Assembly: GCA_964247055.1 (NCBI GenBank)
Contig: OZ176052.1
Coordinates: forward strand, 1,798,001 to 1,862,000
DNA from: Paragordius varius
Lineage: Eukaryota; Animalia; Nematomorpha
DNA: 64,000 bases
Reading direction: 5' to 3'
Shown here: piece by piece, positions 14,001-25,250 of the stretch
How the letters are laid out: every line of letters begins with the position of its first letter
Position numbering within the stretch: the stretch's first letter is position 1
Made by a program: the position numbers and the translations under genes
Notes under the pieces: generated by a model
Told to the model about the DNA's origin: nothing
The model's input: only the letters and a program-made list of their open reading frames with translations
The model's database searches: none

Positions 14001-17000
14001 TATATTTACAGAATTTTTTATTATAATTTTTTAATTTCTACTGATGAAAAAAAAATTGCATTTATTAATAAATTTAATACTACTATTAAATTGTGGAAAA
14101 AATTCTAAAAAAAGATTTATATATTGATTTGACTAAATAACAAATGTACTATTTTTATATTTTATTTAACTATACTATAGATGGTATATATGGGTTGGGA
14201 GATAGGTTGGGAATACTGTAAAACTGTATTAGATATTAACCAAAGATTAATTGATGCTTTTAGTTCTACGTTTGCAGAACAGCCAGGATTTCATATAAAT
14301 CAAAAGGTAATTTTTAAAATATCGTATTGTTATTAAATGGGCGAATTCTAAAAATAAAATTCATGATTGATATGTTTTTTAGTTTTTTTGTGATTACAGT
14401 ATGCATTTTAATGGTTGCTTATTTTTTGCAACACAGTAGTGTATGGAAAAGGCAACGAAATGGTGAATAAACAATTATTTCCTTTCTTTTTTCCATATAC
14501 TCCTGTGTTGCAAATTGTTCAACTATAGTTTGAAATAAGCAACCATTAAAATGAATACTATACTGTATATGATATTTTGGCATATTTTATTGTAATATTA
14601 CTTACTTATTAGATTATGTCCATATACTATGAATTTATGATGTTGGCTTTGGATAATTCCCACATTACTTTGAATGAATCTTCTCCCCATCGCGTTGAAA
14701 GAAACAATATGTGTCGACAAAAATTTATGGCTAAGGTAGTAGGTCCTTTCATTTTTGCATTTAATTTTTTTTATTTTCTTTATAAAATAATTTTTTACAA
14801 ATATATATTTAAGATTAAGCTTATATTTTGACAAATTTTTAGCCGTTATTTATTAAAAATACCTTGGAATTCTATATAAATGTTTTTGGTCATTGGTAAC
14901 TTTAATATGTTTACATATACATTGATATATATAATTATATTATATCATAGATATTTGAACAAATTTACTCGATTATTATTATTGTCTCATCTCCGGCCCA
15001 ACCTTCAGAGTTTGAAAACAAACCATTTATACCACAGAATTATAAAACTAACAATACAGAACACAATTTAGGCTCAGGCCTAATTTCCATACTAACTTGC
15101 TTGAAATTATATGTAATTGCCTTTGTGGAAAAACACTGTAATAAACTAAATTCGTATAATTTGAAAGAAATTTTAAGCTCATCTCATAGTTATATACCTA
15201 AGGGGTATGATTTAACCGCTCATGAATGTTCAACCATACTTGTGTTAACTAAAGTATTAAATTCCCTTTCTGCCCATTTGGATGCTTCAAACTTTGGCAT
15301 TTGCAAAGAAGAAATTATAAAATGGTCTGAAAATTTAATGGATTTCCTGAGTCGATTACTGCATTATGGCTATGTCCAAAATTTTGTATTTGACAATATT
15401 CCATATCTTTATTTCGGCGACAACACTAAAGATGTGGATAGACAAGTTATTGAAAGTATATAATTTTAAAAATGAATTTTATGCAGCTTACTGTAAAACT
15501 CTCTGCGAATCCATATATGTAATTATGTTTATTGAAATGTTAAAAGAAATTATTTTTTGCATTAACATACTGATAGGGATTGTTAGTACTCATGAAGCAC
15601 TGACGCCAATATGCCATATATGGACACAGCTTTTCATAAATTTGTGCCGAAAATTATCAAATAATGTCTTACATTCGGATAACAAATCTTTAAATCACCT
15701 GCAAGAGTATGCAAATAAAATTTATTTTTTTAAATTATATTTAGACATTTTAATATAATTTTTTTAATTTTATCCATAGACTTTTAATTAACTTTCGACA
15801 AAGACGCGAACAGTACTTGAAGAATCATATAAAATCGCAATCTGCAAACAACATAGATTTTATTGCCTTTTCCACCCTAATTACTGATTACGACGATATA
15901 TTTATGGTAGTTTTTAGAACTGTGGTTTTAAATTTTTACATAAATGTTTTTTTTACATTATTTAAAAGGGCCTTATATATATATATATATATGATTTAAT
16001 TTATATTAGCCAAATATTTATACTACAAACTCACCCCCTAACGGTAAAATTGATAAAACGGAGTGTTTCAATCCAAATGCAAATTTTACCATATCGAATT
16101 CCGTCTTAAAATTTTTGGATCGTATCTTTGATTTAGCTCTAAATCAATATTATTCTCAAGCCAAAACTAAAAAACCAAAACTAAATGGTATGCATGTTAA
16201 ATATTGTTCTAAAAATATTTTATGATATAATTTTTAAATGTTCTTTAGATCATGAATCCATTTTTGAGATGATTGGGCAAGCTTTGTCACAACAAGGCAC
16301 TAACGATAATAACCAGTTATTGAATAATACATATCTCGTCAACATTTATATGGTCGCATTTACCAAACTAAATGATTGTATTATATCCGACACATTTTCA
16401 CATAATAATATGAGCATGAATAAGAATTATATTTCCCAAGGGGGTACAATATCCAAAAACGGCGAAAAAATGTATAAAAATTACATAGCAAGTCGTGTGG
16501 AAAATGTTAAAAGTTTGCTTACAATCCTAACTGATTCTATCTTGAAGATAACTGAGAAATATTTCGTAAATGAGAATAAAATACTGAATAGAGAACTTAA
16601 AAATTTACAACCAGAGATTAAGGAAGCCATCAACGTATGTTTAGGGCTAAATTCCCAATTATTAACCACATATACATTGGGTGTATGCAATGATCGGAGT
16701 TTTGCCCTTACCGCGTCTAGCATAAGTAGTTTGAGGTACTTTTTTATTTTCGTAAATTTTAATAAAAATGATTTTTTAATATTGTTAAATTTTGAAACGA
16801 CATAATTAAACCGCTTTTTGCAAAATGACATTTTGTGCATAAATACTATAGCTTTTCCGCGTCAATGTAATATTTACATTAAAAACGCTTTTTTAGATTT
16901 AATTATGTTGAAATTTATGTTTAATTCAAATAAAGTTTTATTATCAAATTTTTTGGCACATAAAAATACTTTTTATATATGGGAGGGAACTTATTTAAAA

Positions 17001-20000
17001 AATAGGTTTTTTTAGTAAAGTATCTTGAGTCGTATAGTATTCCACAAATAATTTAACCCTATAGTTACCTGTTATATTTATTCCACCATTTAGACACTAT
17101 TTATTTCAATGGTCATCATCGTTTTGTAACACTGCAATATTGTCCAACACCATTCCTGATTCTACATTTGTGTCCAATAATAAAAATAAAAGTTCCACCA
17201 ATATAATAAACATTGATAATTTTGACAAAAAACTTTTGATTGATCAAATTTTGTTGTGTCTTTCGGCTTGTCAAAACCATTTATTGCATAAATGTCAATT
17301 GATTACAATCATTTTTGAACCAGGAAATTGGAATATGAATGGGAATGAATTAAATTTTGATATACGATTGGGTATTGTAAAGCATACCACCAACAAACGA
17401 GAAATATTACCAATTAACCATCATAATAATTTTGACAATTTACCTTCTAATGATAGTAAAACAATGGTTAAAGGAGGAAATAAATGGGTTAAACGTGAAA
17501 CAAAGTTACGAATGGATATGATGAAAGAGGTGATTATACTATTATAATATTTAATTTTATATTTTTTTGAGACACCTTTAAATGTTAAAAATTAAAATCA
17601 TTCAAACAGTCAAAATTAAATTTTTTTTAAAAGACAAATATTTTTTTCTAAAAGACAAAACCATACTTTCTAAATCTTGATATTAATATAAATCATTGTT
17701 TTAAACTGCAAAGTATTAAAAAGAGATGTATTTTATTAACTAGAATTGTAATTAATTAATTTACATAGGAAAAATTAAGCTTTAAAATTGTTTTATTTTG
17801 GTCTTTATATTTTTACGTTTTGTCCCTATTTAATTACAATTTTTACTGTTCTCATAAAAAAGCTTAATTTAATGTTGATATTAAAAATCCAAAATTTTCT
17901 AATAAATAAAATTATTTTATGATGTTACATAATTAGGTATTTTATTTTGACAATGAAAACTCTGTCATAAAAAATGCTCATCTACCAGCAAATGTTACAC
18001 ATAACGATTCTCTTAAGTTGGATGAAATTATAAGTATATCCGCATCAGGCAAATACACTAATTTAAAGTATTTTAGTTTTATTATTACGTTTTATTTTAA
18101 CGTTATTTAAAACATATATTGTTGCCTCAATTCAAGAAAATAAATTATATGTATAGCGTGCTTTAACATTAAATTTTCTTTAGATTACAAAAATAATTCT
18201 AGAGATTTATGATATATAATTATATTCAATCATTTCTCCACGTATTTTATTTTTTTGCGACTCTTAGATTTACAATGTACATTGAAGAGTTTGTTAATTC
18301 TTTGCTAGGAACCTGGTTATTTACCCAATTATTGGGTGATTTAGCCTTAAAACTTTGTCAAAGTCATTACATAATAAATACGGCGCAATTTAACACTGTG
18401 CCCAGTCAAGTCAATCTTTTCATTGATCGCAAACAAGGAGGCACAACTTTAAATAAGAATATGAATATATCGAAAGGATGGAATGAAGCACCTAGATCAA
18501 ATTACGAATGTTATGATAGAAAATTATTAAAGTAAGGAATTCTTATTATAGATACGACATTTTTTAGGAAAAAAATTTAGTAATTTGCCATATTTCCCTA
18601 ATAATAATATATATTTTTTGCTTTATCTTGGTCCTAGGTAGTAAGTATTGTGAATTACAGTTTGCAATATTGTTAAAAATGACTTTTTATGGTTGAATCT
18701 TTTTTTGGTTTTCTAATTTTTTTAAAAAATACAAAATAGCAATCTGCCATGATTCTAAAATGCTATTGTGAGATTTTAGTTGTTAACTAATAAGTAACTT
18801 TAAAAATAATTTTTTGCACAAATATAGTGGAATGTAATTATCAAAACGCCGTATGTATATATATTACCTCTTATTTTTAGCTTTTTATTGCATGCGCTAA
18901 CCCAAACATACCATTTAACGTGTGCGTTTGATCGAAGACCTGGTCTCAAATTTTTACTTAAGCGTTGCTTTTATATTCATCAATCCCAAACTATATCTGT
19001 TAAAAGTAAGGACAATTTTGACAATAAAAATTCTAATCAATCCTACTCAAAGAGTAATTTGGAAAATACTGAATCAACAACTATTTTACCCAATCTATAT
19101 AGGGTTGGAAGTTTAGCATTTGCTTACTATGGATTAATTTTGTTCCATCTCTCTGTTAAAAGGTATCTTTGAATATATATATTTGAACAAAAAATATTTT
19201 TTCCAATTTAATATCAACTCAAGAAGCCATCAAAATATAAACACTCTATTTAGTTATATTGTCAAATTTTATTTAATGTCCTTATACTAATTTTATGATC
19301 ATTTATTTTTGTAAGTATAACTAAATAAATAATTAATATTTTAAATGATTTTTTAAAATAATTTGCTCTCGTTACCCTATATACTCAGAAACGATATTGA
19401 TGGTCTTACAAACGGGAACTTGAATGATGATTGCAAATTATTTTTGAGTTTTTTGGATTCTCTCCTCACATTTTATTGTGTGCTCAATAACCAAGAAATT
19501 AAGTAATTATATAAATATTCAATAATAATTTTGTTTTCACATCTATTCTTAATCAAATTTATCAAATTTATCATTACAACTTAGTGAAATCTATTATGTT
19601 TTTTTATATTTTATAAATTTTAACAATTTCTTGACGTTTTTTTACTAAAAATTAAAACGCTCGTATAATATTATCCAGCTTCTCAATAAAAAACAATTGT
19701 ATTATGATTTAAATTTAATATTACGGAAATCAAATATTTTGACATATTTATTTTATGATTGTATAACAAAATTAAATTTTTATTATAACATACTTTTTGG
19801 TATTATTTTTTAGTGACTGATTTATTTAAATTTTATTGTTGATATTTTTTGTATGGAAAATAAAATAAATAAAATTCGAAAAGTGATTTTTTACCATATG
19901 TCAGTTAAGTTTTCCATAAAAATTATCAAATTTTAGCTAATATTTATATGCATATATAGGAAACCAACTTTACAGAAAAACACTATGAATAAAAATAAAC

Positions 20001-20760
20001 GCTTTAGTAGTTGTACCACACCACTGACATTTGCCAATCTTTTTTCAAACAGTCTCGCCCCTTCAAATAAAAATATTACATTGTCAAATATAACTACACG
20101 TGGAATAAAATCTTCAATTTCCACCCATAAAAGATTGGATAAAAATCAAAAATCCATAATACGGAAACAAAAAAGCCTTAATTTGGAACAAGAAACAAGC
20201 CCTGTCGTAAACATTCAACATTTTGATAAATTTATTATGCAACACCATCCTCGACAAATTGAAAGTCATTTGGATTCTTTGCAAAAGGTTATTTGACACA
20301 AAAAATACTCTTTGAGATTATTTTTGTTAGTATATTAATTAGTATATATTTTAAATTTCTTTTTATATAGAATTATAGGTTGAAATTTTCTAATTTGCAA
20401 ATTTTTAAAAGGCTTTTTGAAAAGTTAATTTTTATTTTTCAAATAGTTTATTGAAAACACCGTTCATCTCGCTTTTTTAAAATTTTTTTTACTGAAACTG
20501 AAAAAACCATCACTTCTGAAGACATTTTTAATCCATAACCTATTTAACTTTTGTTGGTTAGATTTTACATTTTTTATGATTAGGACAATGAAATGCACAA
20601 ATGTATATGGATGAAAATTACGTTTGCTTTCCTGGAACTTTTAGTTAAGGAGAAAATACATTTATCAGACATGCTTGTTAATCAATTAAGCCTCGTGTTT
20701 CAACAATTCACTCATATCTCTGATTTCTCACATTATTTCAAAATGATTATTGTCAATTAA
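211..20760 (+). CDS. ARFGEF3: ARFGEF3/BIG3-like (brefeldin A-inhibited GEF 3) copy A; exons 3-39 of 39, 5'-truncated by the window edge
   Basis: Manually threaded GT-AG exons with consistent phases: 211-289, 393-581, 1211-1282, 1606-1862, 2248-2361, 2665-2829, 3356-3501, 3941-4283, 4821-5002, 5677-5826, 6445-6747, 7058-7230, 7699-7858, 8707-8873, 9151-9310, 9695-9844, 10246-10602, 10828-10924, 11169-11504, 11839-11970, 12422-12718, 13264-13391, 13735-13949, 14181-14306, 14613-14735, 14951-15455, 15577-15706, 15780-15906, 16010-16187, 16249-16735, 17094-17529, 17937-18067, 18268-18531, 18881-19162, 19389-19502, 19960-20287, 20584-20760 (TAA). Peptides match remembered human BIG3 motifs in the same order: TETLWRDVCPAL~TDLIWKNLCPAL, EIDLAIIQFSSQF~EVDTALQNFASTF, FNADFIYFA~MNADSLYTA, LWSHVFR~CWPHVFR, GRPLIQIMNVW~ARPLLHVMRCW, EQPGFHIN~EPPHFHFN, FDRRPGLKFLLKR..PNLYR~FDTSPGLKCLLKK..ANLYR. 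Confidence 0.85.
1343..1586. mobile_element. MITE family P3 copy in intron 5
   Basis: TA|TACCGTTTGC..AAATTCACCCTAAAA ... TTTTAGGGTGAAT..TTTGAACTGTAAATGGTA|TA. Confidence 0.7.
9889..10162. mobile_element. hAT-Charlie-type MITE in ARFGEF3 intron 18 (copy A)
   Basis: TIR CAGGGGTGTCCA ... TGGACACCCCTG; flanking TATAGTC on both sides (degraded TSD). Shared with copy B, so it predates the duplication. Confidence 0.85.
12186..12344. mobile_element. MITE family P1 copy in intron 22
   Basis: cagtttggcattttaatggttgcttatttcac ... aaataagcaaccatttaaaggcatc; shared with 50244-50440. Confidence 0.7.
13447..13699. mobile_element. MITE family P3 copy in intron 24
   Basis: TA|TACCATTTACA ... GGGTGAATTTGAACTATAAATGGTA|TA. 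Confidence 0.7.
14397..14560. mobile_element. MITE family P1 copy in intron 26 (empty site of the copy-B RTE insertion)
   Basis: cagtatgcattttaatggttgctt ... aagcaaccattaaaatgaatacta. Confidence 0.75.
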
Positions 20761-21179
20761 TATTATGTATACAAAATGTATGTTTAAAACTGTTTTATTA
20801 AATAAATATATATATTGTGTTATCAGAATCTAATATGCCAACGGAAAATTGAGCCTTTTTTACATAACATAATTAATTGAAATATACCATTTACACCTCA
20901 AATTTACCCTTGATCATTTTAAAATCACCCGAAAATTAATTATATTTTAAGGCGTTTATTTGACACAGTATTGATGTTGAAATTTTTCTTTATTATGTAG
21001 TTTATCATTTTTCAAGATTACGTCAATCATGACGAAACTTATTTTTCTTTGAATAACAAAATATAGGTTTTTAATTTAAAATCTTTGTGGGTCAATTTGA
21101 ATTGTTCAAGGGTGAATTTAAAATGTTCAGGGGGTGAATTCGAGGTGTTATTGGTGGTGTATATAACCAAAAAATAGTA

Positions 21180-21451
21180 CAGTAAAAATTGAAATTATAC
21201 GAATAAAACGTTTAACACAATTTTTTTTCAAACAACCATATCTTTTTAAACCATAATTTATCCTATAAAATCATTTAATTACAATCATTAATTAAGTTAC
21301 CAATTAACATTTCTATTATTTGTTTTGTAGTTTTAAAAAAATTAGTTATTATTAAAAGAATAAAGATTTAAAAAGTGTAAGGTTGTTTTTTGGATAATAA
21401 TATTAGTCTATATATTTTTTCGTTTTGTCCCTATAATTTCAATTTTTACTG
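21180..21451. mobile_element. pogo/Tc1-like MITE family P2 (TIR CAGTAAAAATTGAAATTATACG..)
   Basis: TA|CAGTAAAAATTGAAATTATA ... TATAATTTCAATTTTTACTG|TA. Relatives near 3001, 17600-17850, 36410-36701, 56790-57050, 59240-59526, 60743-60991. Confidence 0.8.
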
Positions 21452-22034
21452 TATATTATGTTGAATTGGAAACGGCTATAAACCTAGCAAAGACACCACA
21501 CTAAAAACAATTTTTGGTACAAAGTTTTATGTGAATTGGAGAATTTTACCTTATGAAAATTACCCTTTAAGTTTTTGTTAAATTTTATTGCATGTAAAGC
21601 TTAAAAATGATTTTATTTTTCCCATAAAGCTTACAATAAACCGTAAAAAATTTGTGACAGATGTCCCACCCATGCATTCTATTTCGATATGGTTTTAACA
21701 GAATTAGTGTGCCATATAGATGAAGTTCATCTTATCTTCTTATAATTAAAAAATAAGTTTTTGCACAATATTTATATGTAGAATGAGCCAGATTTTGACT
21801 AAGGTTTGCGATAAGGGGTTTGAAATATATATATATATATAGTCTTTGCATGGCATCATTTAGCGTAAAAGCAAAACTTTAAGAACTCATTGAAAGGAGC
21901 TTTTATTAATATCTATCAAATCAATTTGGGCTTGACCAATTTAGATATAGGATTGGATAAAAAGCTCACTTTTATAAATTTTCCGCGTTAATTTTTTGGA
22001 CTTTTTAAGTTATGGCCGGGCTTTTTTTAGTATA

Positions 22035-22215
22035 CAGTATGCATTTTATGCTTATTTCACACTGTAGATGGGCAATTTGCAACACACAGTAGTGTATGGA
22101 AAAACAATAAAATGTTGAATAACAATTTTGTCCTGTCTTTTTTCCATACACTCACTCCTGTGTTGCGAATTGCACAACTATAGTGTGAAATAAGCAACCA
22201 TTAAAATGCATACTA
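22035..22215. mobile_element. Palindromic MITE family P1 (TIR CAGTATGCATTTTAATGGTTGCTTATTTCACAC..)
   Basis: Nearly fully self-complementary about 180-bp element flanked by TA. Relatives at 12186-12344, 14397-14560, 50244-50440, 52520-53760 (split by the RTE) and 61575-61738. Confidence 0.8.
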
Positions 22216-23216
22216 TATATCTTTCTAAGTTAACGTATTTCAAATTACAAGGCGGCATCTAACCATGCGAAAATGTTTTTAGAAAGATATGCCGTGCCGA
22301 TATAAATATAAAAATAGAGGGTGTACCTAATTAAGTTTATATGTTATTGCCTCAGAAAAAGGCCGTTATATTATACATTTTATTTTTTTACAATATATTT
22401 ATATATTCTAAATTGAAATATTTTGATATACTTTTAGGAAAAAAAGGATATTTTTGTAAGATATTATCAAAACCATTTCATATGATTCAAAGAGAATATG
22501 CAATTTAATTCGTTTGATTCCGGGTTTCATTTAGGCCTTAAAAAGGTTCGTGGTTAAATAATTTGGGTAGCCGCTCTTAAGTTTAATTCTGGTTCCATTA
22601 TTTTTGTTAAAAACAAAATAGTTTCATTTTTTGCCACCACTGTCATTAGGATAGATATCTTTCGTTAACAGTCATAAAATTAACTTTTTTTACGTAGTTT
22701 TTCATTGAATTGAAATTTCCTTTATAATATATTTTCCATAATTGGGAGTACTAATTTAATTTTGTAATAAACTTTGTATAATAATTCTCTCTATTGCAAT
22801 TATCTTTCTTTAAGTTGCTTATTTTAACCTTTTGAGAGGGGTTAACCTATAGATATCTAAGAAAAATATCCTCCTCACCAATTTTCTTTTTAAAATATGG
22901 ACATGAGAACAATTTCCCAATTCAAATAATAAATTACAAAAGATGTTAAACAATAATAAATTTAAAATTAAAATATCTCATAGAACGATAACGTGGTTAT
23001 CGGTACTAAAACGCTTTTGAAAAAAGCTCCGGTTCTCTATAAACGGTTTCGGTTAAATCCCGATATAAATGTTATGTAAATTTAAATCAAGATTTTGATC
23101 ACTTAAACAAAATTTCAAACTAATTGCACTCCAATCTCATTTCCGATTTCTGACTTGATGTTTATTAGACATCGAAAACTGATTATATCATATAAATTTA
23201 ATTATAACAAAATTAT

Positions 23217-23283
23217 AAAATTTATTTACAATATTGTAATAATAACAAAATCATTAACTAAATACATATATTAAAAACATTAT
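23217..23283 (-). terminator. Putative polyadenylation / 3' UTR regulatory block of the minus-strand gene
   Basis: 67 bp identical to 62792-62858. The minus strand reads ..UUUUUAAU..UGUAUUUA..UGUAAAUAAA, with AAUAAA at 23226-23221, UGUAAAUA at 23230-23223 and UUUUUAAU at 23277-23270. Confidence 0.5.
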
Positions 23284-23289
23284 AATAAA

Positions 23290-25200
23290 AGATGGGGTAA
23301 AGCATTTTGTTTGAAGGGTTGGTTAATGTAAGTTGTGTGAAAATATAAATCAGAGATGTGTTGAGTTTGACAAGTTATATGTAAGGTGAGGTGTGATGAT
23401 GAATGTTGGGTGATTTTGTAGGAAGAAAGAGTTTAGAGATGTGTTGATGTAATGTAAGAGAATATGGGAATATCAATTAATAAAATAAAAAAATATTTTT
23501 TATATAAAAAATGAAAATGTTTAAAAAATAGGAGAGGTGATGATGTAATGAGTGTGTGAGACGTAAGGTTAGGTGTAATGGTAAATGGTAAGGTGATTTT
23601 GTAAAGATAGGGGTGTAATGTATTGGAATATAAAGTAATATTTTTATATAAAAACATCCAAAAATGAGATATGATATAAGTTTGAGGATGTAATTGTAAG
23701 GTGAGATGTGATGATAATTGTTAGGTATATTTTAAGGATATGGGAATATAAAATAAAAATATATTCATATATATGTTAAAAAGTATCCAAAAGTGTTCAG
23801 TTTGACAATGTAAATGTAAGGTGAGGTGTGATGTGTTAGGTATATCGTAAGGATAAGGGAATTTGAAGTAAAAATATATTCATATATAATAAAAAGTATC
23901 CAAAAATGAGATTTGATAAATGAGGATGCAAGATGAGGTGGGATGGTAAATGTTAGGAGTTTTTGTAAAGATAGGGATCTAATGTAAGGGAATGTTGGAA
24001 TATAAAGTAAGGGAATATAAAATAAATAAATTTTTATATAAATTTAAAAGCATCCAAAATGAGATTTGATCAGTTTGAGGATATGTAAGTAAGGTGATGT
24101 GTAATGATAAATGTTAGATATATCGTAAGCATATGGGAATATAAAGTAAAAATATATTTTTATGTTAAAAAGTATCCAAACGTGTTCAGTTGAGGATGTA
24201 TATGTATGGTGAGGTGTGGTTTGATGGTAAATGGTAGGTGATTTTGTAAGGATATGGGAATGTAAAGTAAAAATATATTAATATATAATAAAAAGTATTC
24301 AAAAATGAGATTTTTGATGATGTATTTGTAAGGTGAGGTGTGATGTAATTGTAAATGGTAGGTGATTTTGTAAAGATAGGTATGTAATGTAGGAGAATAT
24401 GGGAATAAAATAAATAAAATTAAAAAATATTAATCAAATATAAAGATATGGTGAAAGAGTAAATTGGAGAGAGGTGATGTGATATGTGGGTGAATGAGAT
24501 GTAAGGTGAGGTGATTTCGTAAGATGTGTTGATGTAATATAAGGTAATATGGGAATAAAATTAAATCAAAATAAAAAATAAATCTATTTATGGTATATAA
24601 AGAATATAGTATCCAAAAAATCATGGATAGATGTGATGAGTTTGTTATATGTAAGAGGTAAGATGAGGTGAGATGGTGGTAAGAGATGTATGTTGATGTA
24701 GTGTAAGGGAATATAAATCAAAGAGAATAAAAATATGTGATGAATGGTGAGTTTGAAGATGTTTATGTAAGGTAGAGAGGTGTGATGATTAATGTTAAGT
24801 GATTTTGTAAGGATAGAGAATGGAGATGTTTGATGTAAATTAAGAGAATATATTTTAAAATAAAAAAAATAATTTAAATATAAAATAAAAGATAGCGGTT
24901 CAAAAAAGGATGAGAGTGATGATGTGTTAAGGTGAATGAGGTATGATGAATATAAATCTTGGGTGATTTTAGAAGGATAGAGAATGGAAGAAATGTATGT
25001 TAAGGTAGGATGGGTATAAATAAAAATAATGTCAAAAGTAGGACATGTGATGTGTGTGGGTGTGTGTATGTGTTAGGTGAGATGAGTTGAGGTTTGATGT
25101 AAAGGAATGTATTTCGTAGAATAAGAATGAGAATAAAAATATGAATATATGGAATGTAAAACTATAATATATTATATATATAAATGATGATACATAAAAT
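23290..25200 (-). repeat. Strand-asymmetric degenerate tandem array (about 13 units of 110-180 bp), nearly G-free on the minus strand; inferred 3' UTR of the minus-strand gene
   Basis: Plus-strand lines carry only about 0-4 C per 60 nt but many G. Recurring modules are gtaaggtgaggtgtgatg, taaatgttagg, gattttgtaaggatatgggaat and aaaagtatccaaaaatgagatttg. The array starts immediately after the stop at 25251. Confidence 0.85.
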
Positions 25201-25250
25201 ATATATAATGTGTGTTTGATATTTGAATTCATTAAACACACCAACCAACG

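Larger units (their letters stand above)
29..24670 (+). repeat. Tandem/segmental duplication, unit A (direct repeat of 37404-64000)
   Basis: Colinear similarity from actgtaaatttagcctgg (29 vs 37404) through all ARFGEF3 exons and introns, the downstream MITEs and the G-rich array (gtaagatgag at about 24660 vs 64000). The offset grows from about 37.4 to 39.3 kb because of copy-B insertions. Confidence 0.97.

Noticed and set aside
15456-15520. 31/33-nt micro-intron followed by a YCKTLCESIY micro-exon
   Set aside because: That micro-exon ends in phase 0 and would hit a stop in the next exon. A single intron 15456-15576 is frame-consistent in both copies.
14598-20299. Antisense ORFs overlapping ARFGEF3 exons (14598-14834, 16481-16840, 19933-20124, 20114-20299 and copy B equivalents)
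   Set aside because: Shadow frames of real plus-strand exons; boundaries are not conserved between copies.
23433-25244. Minus-strand His/Leu/Thr/Ile-rich ORFs (also 63421-63923)
   Set aside because: Compositional artefact of the G-free strand; the frames are not conserved between the duplicates.
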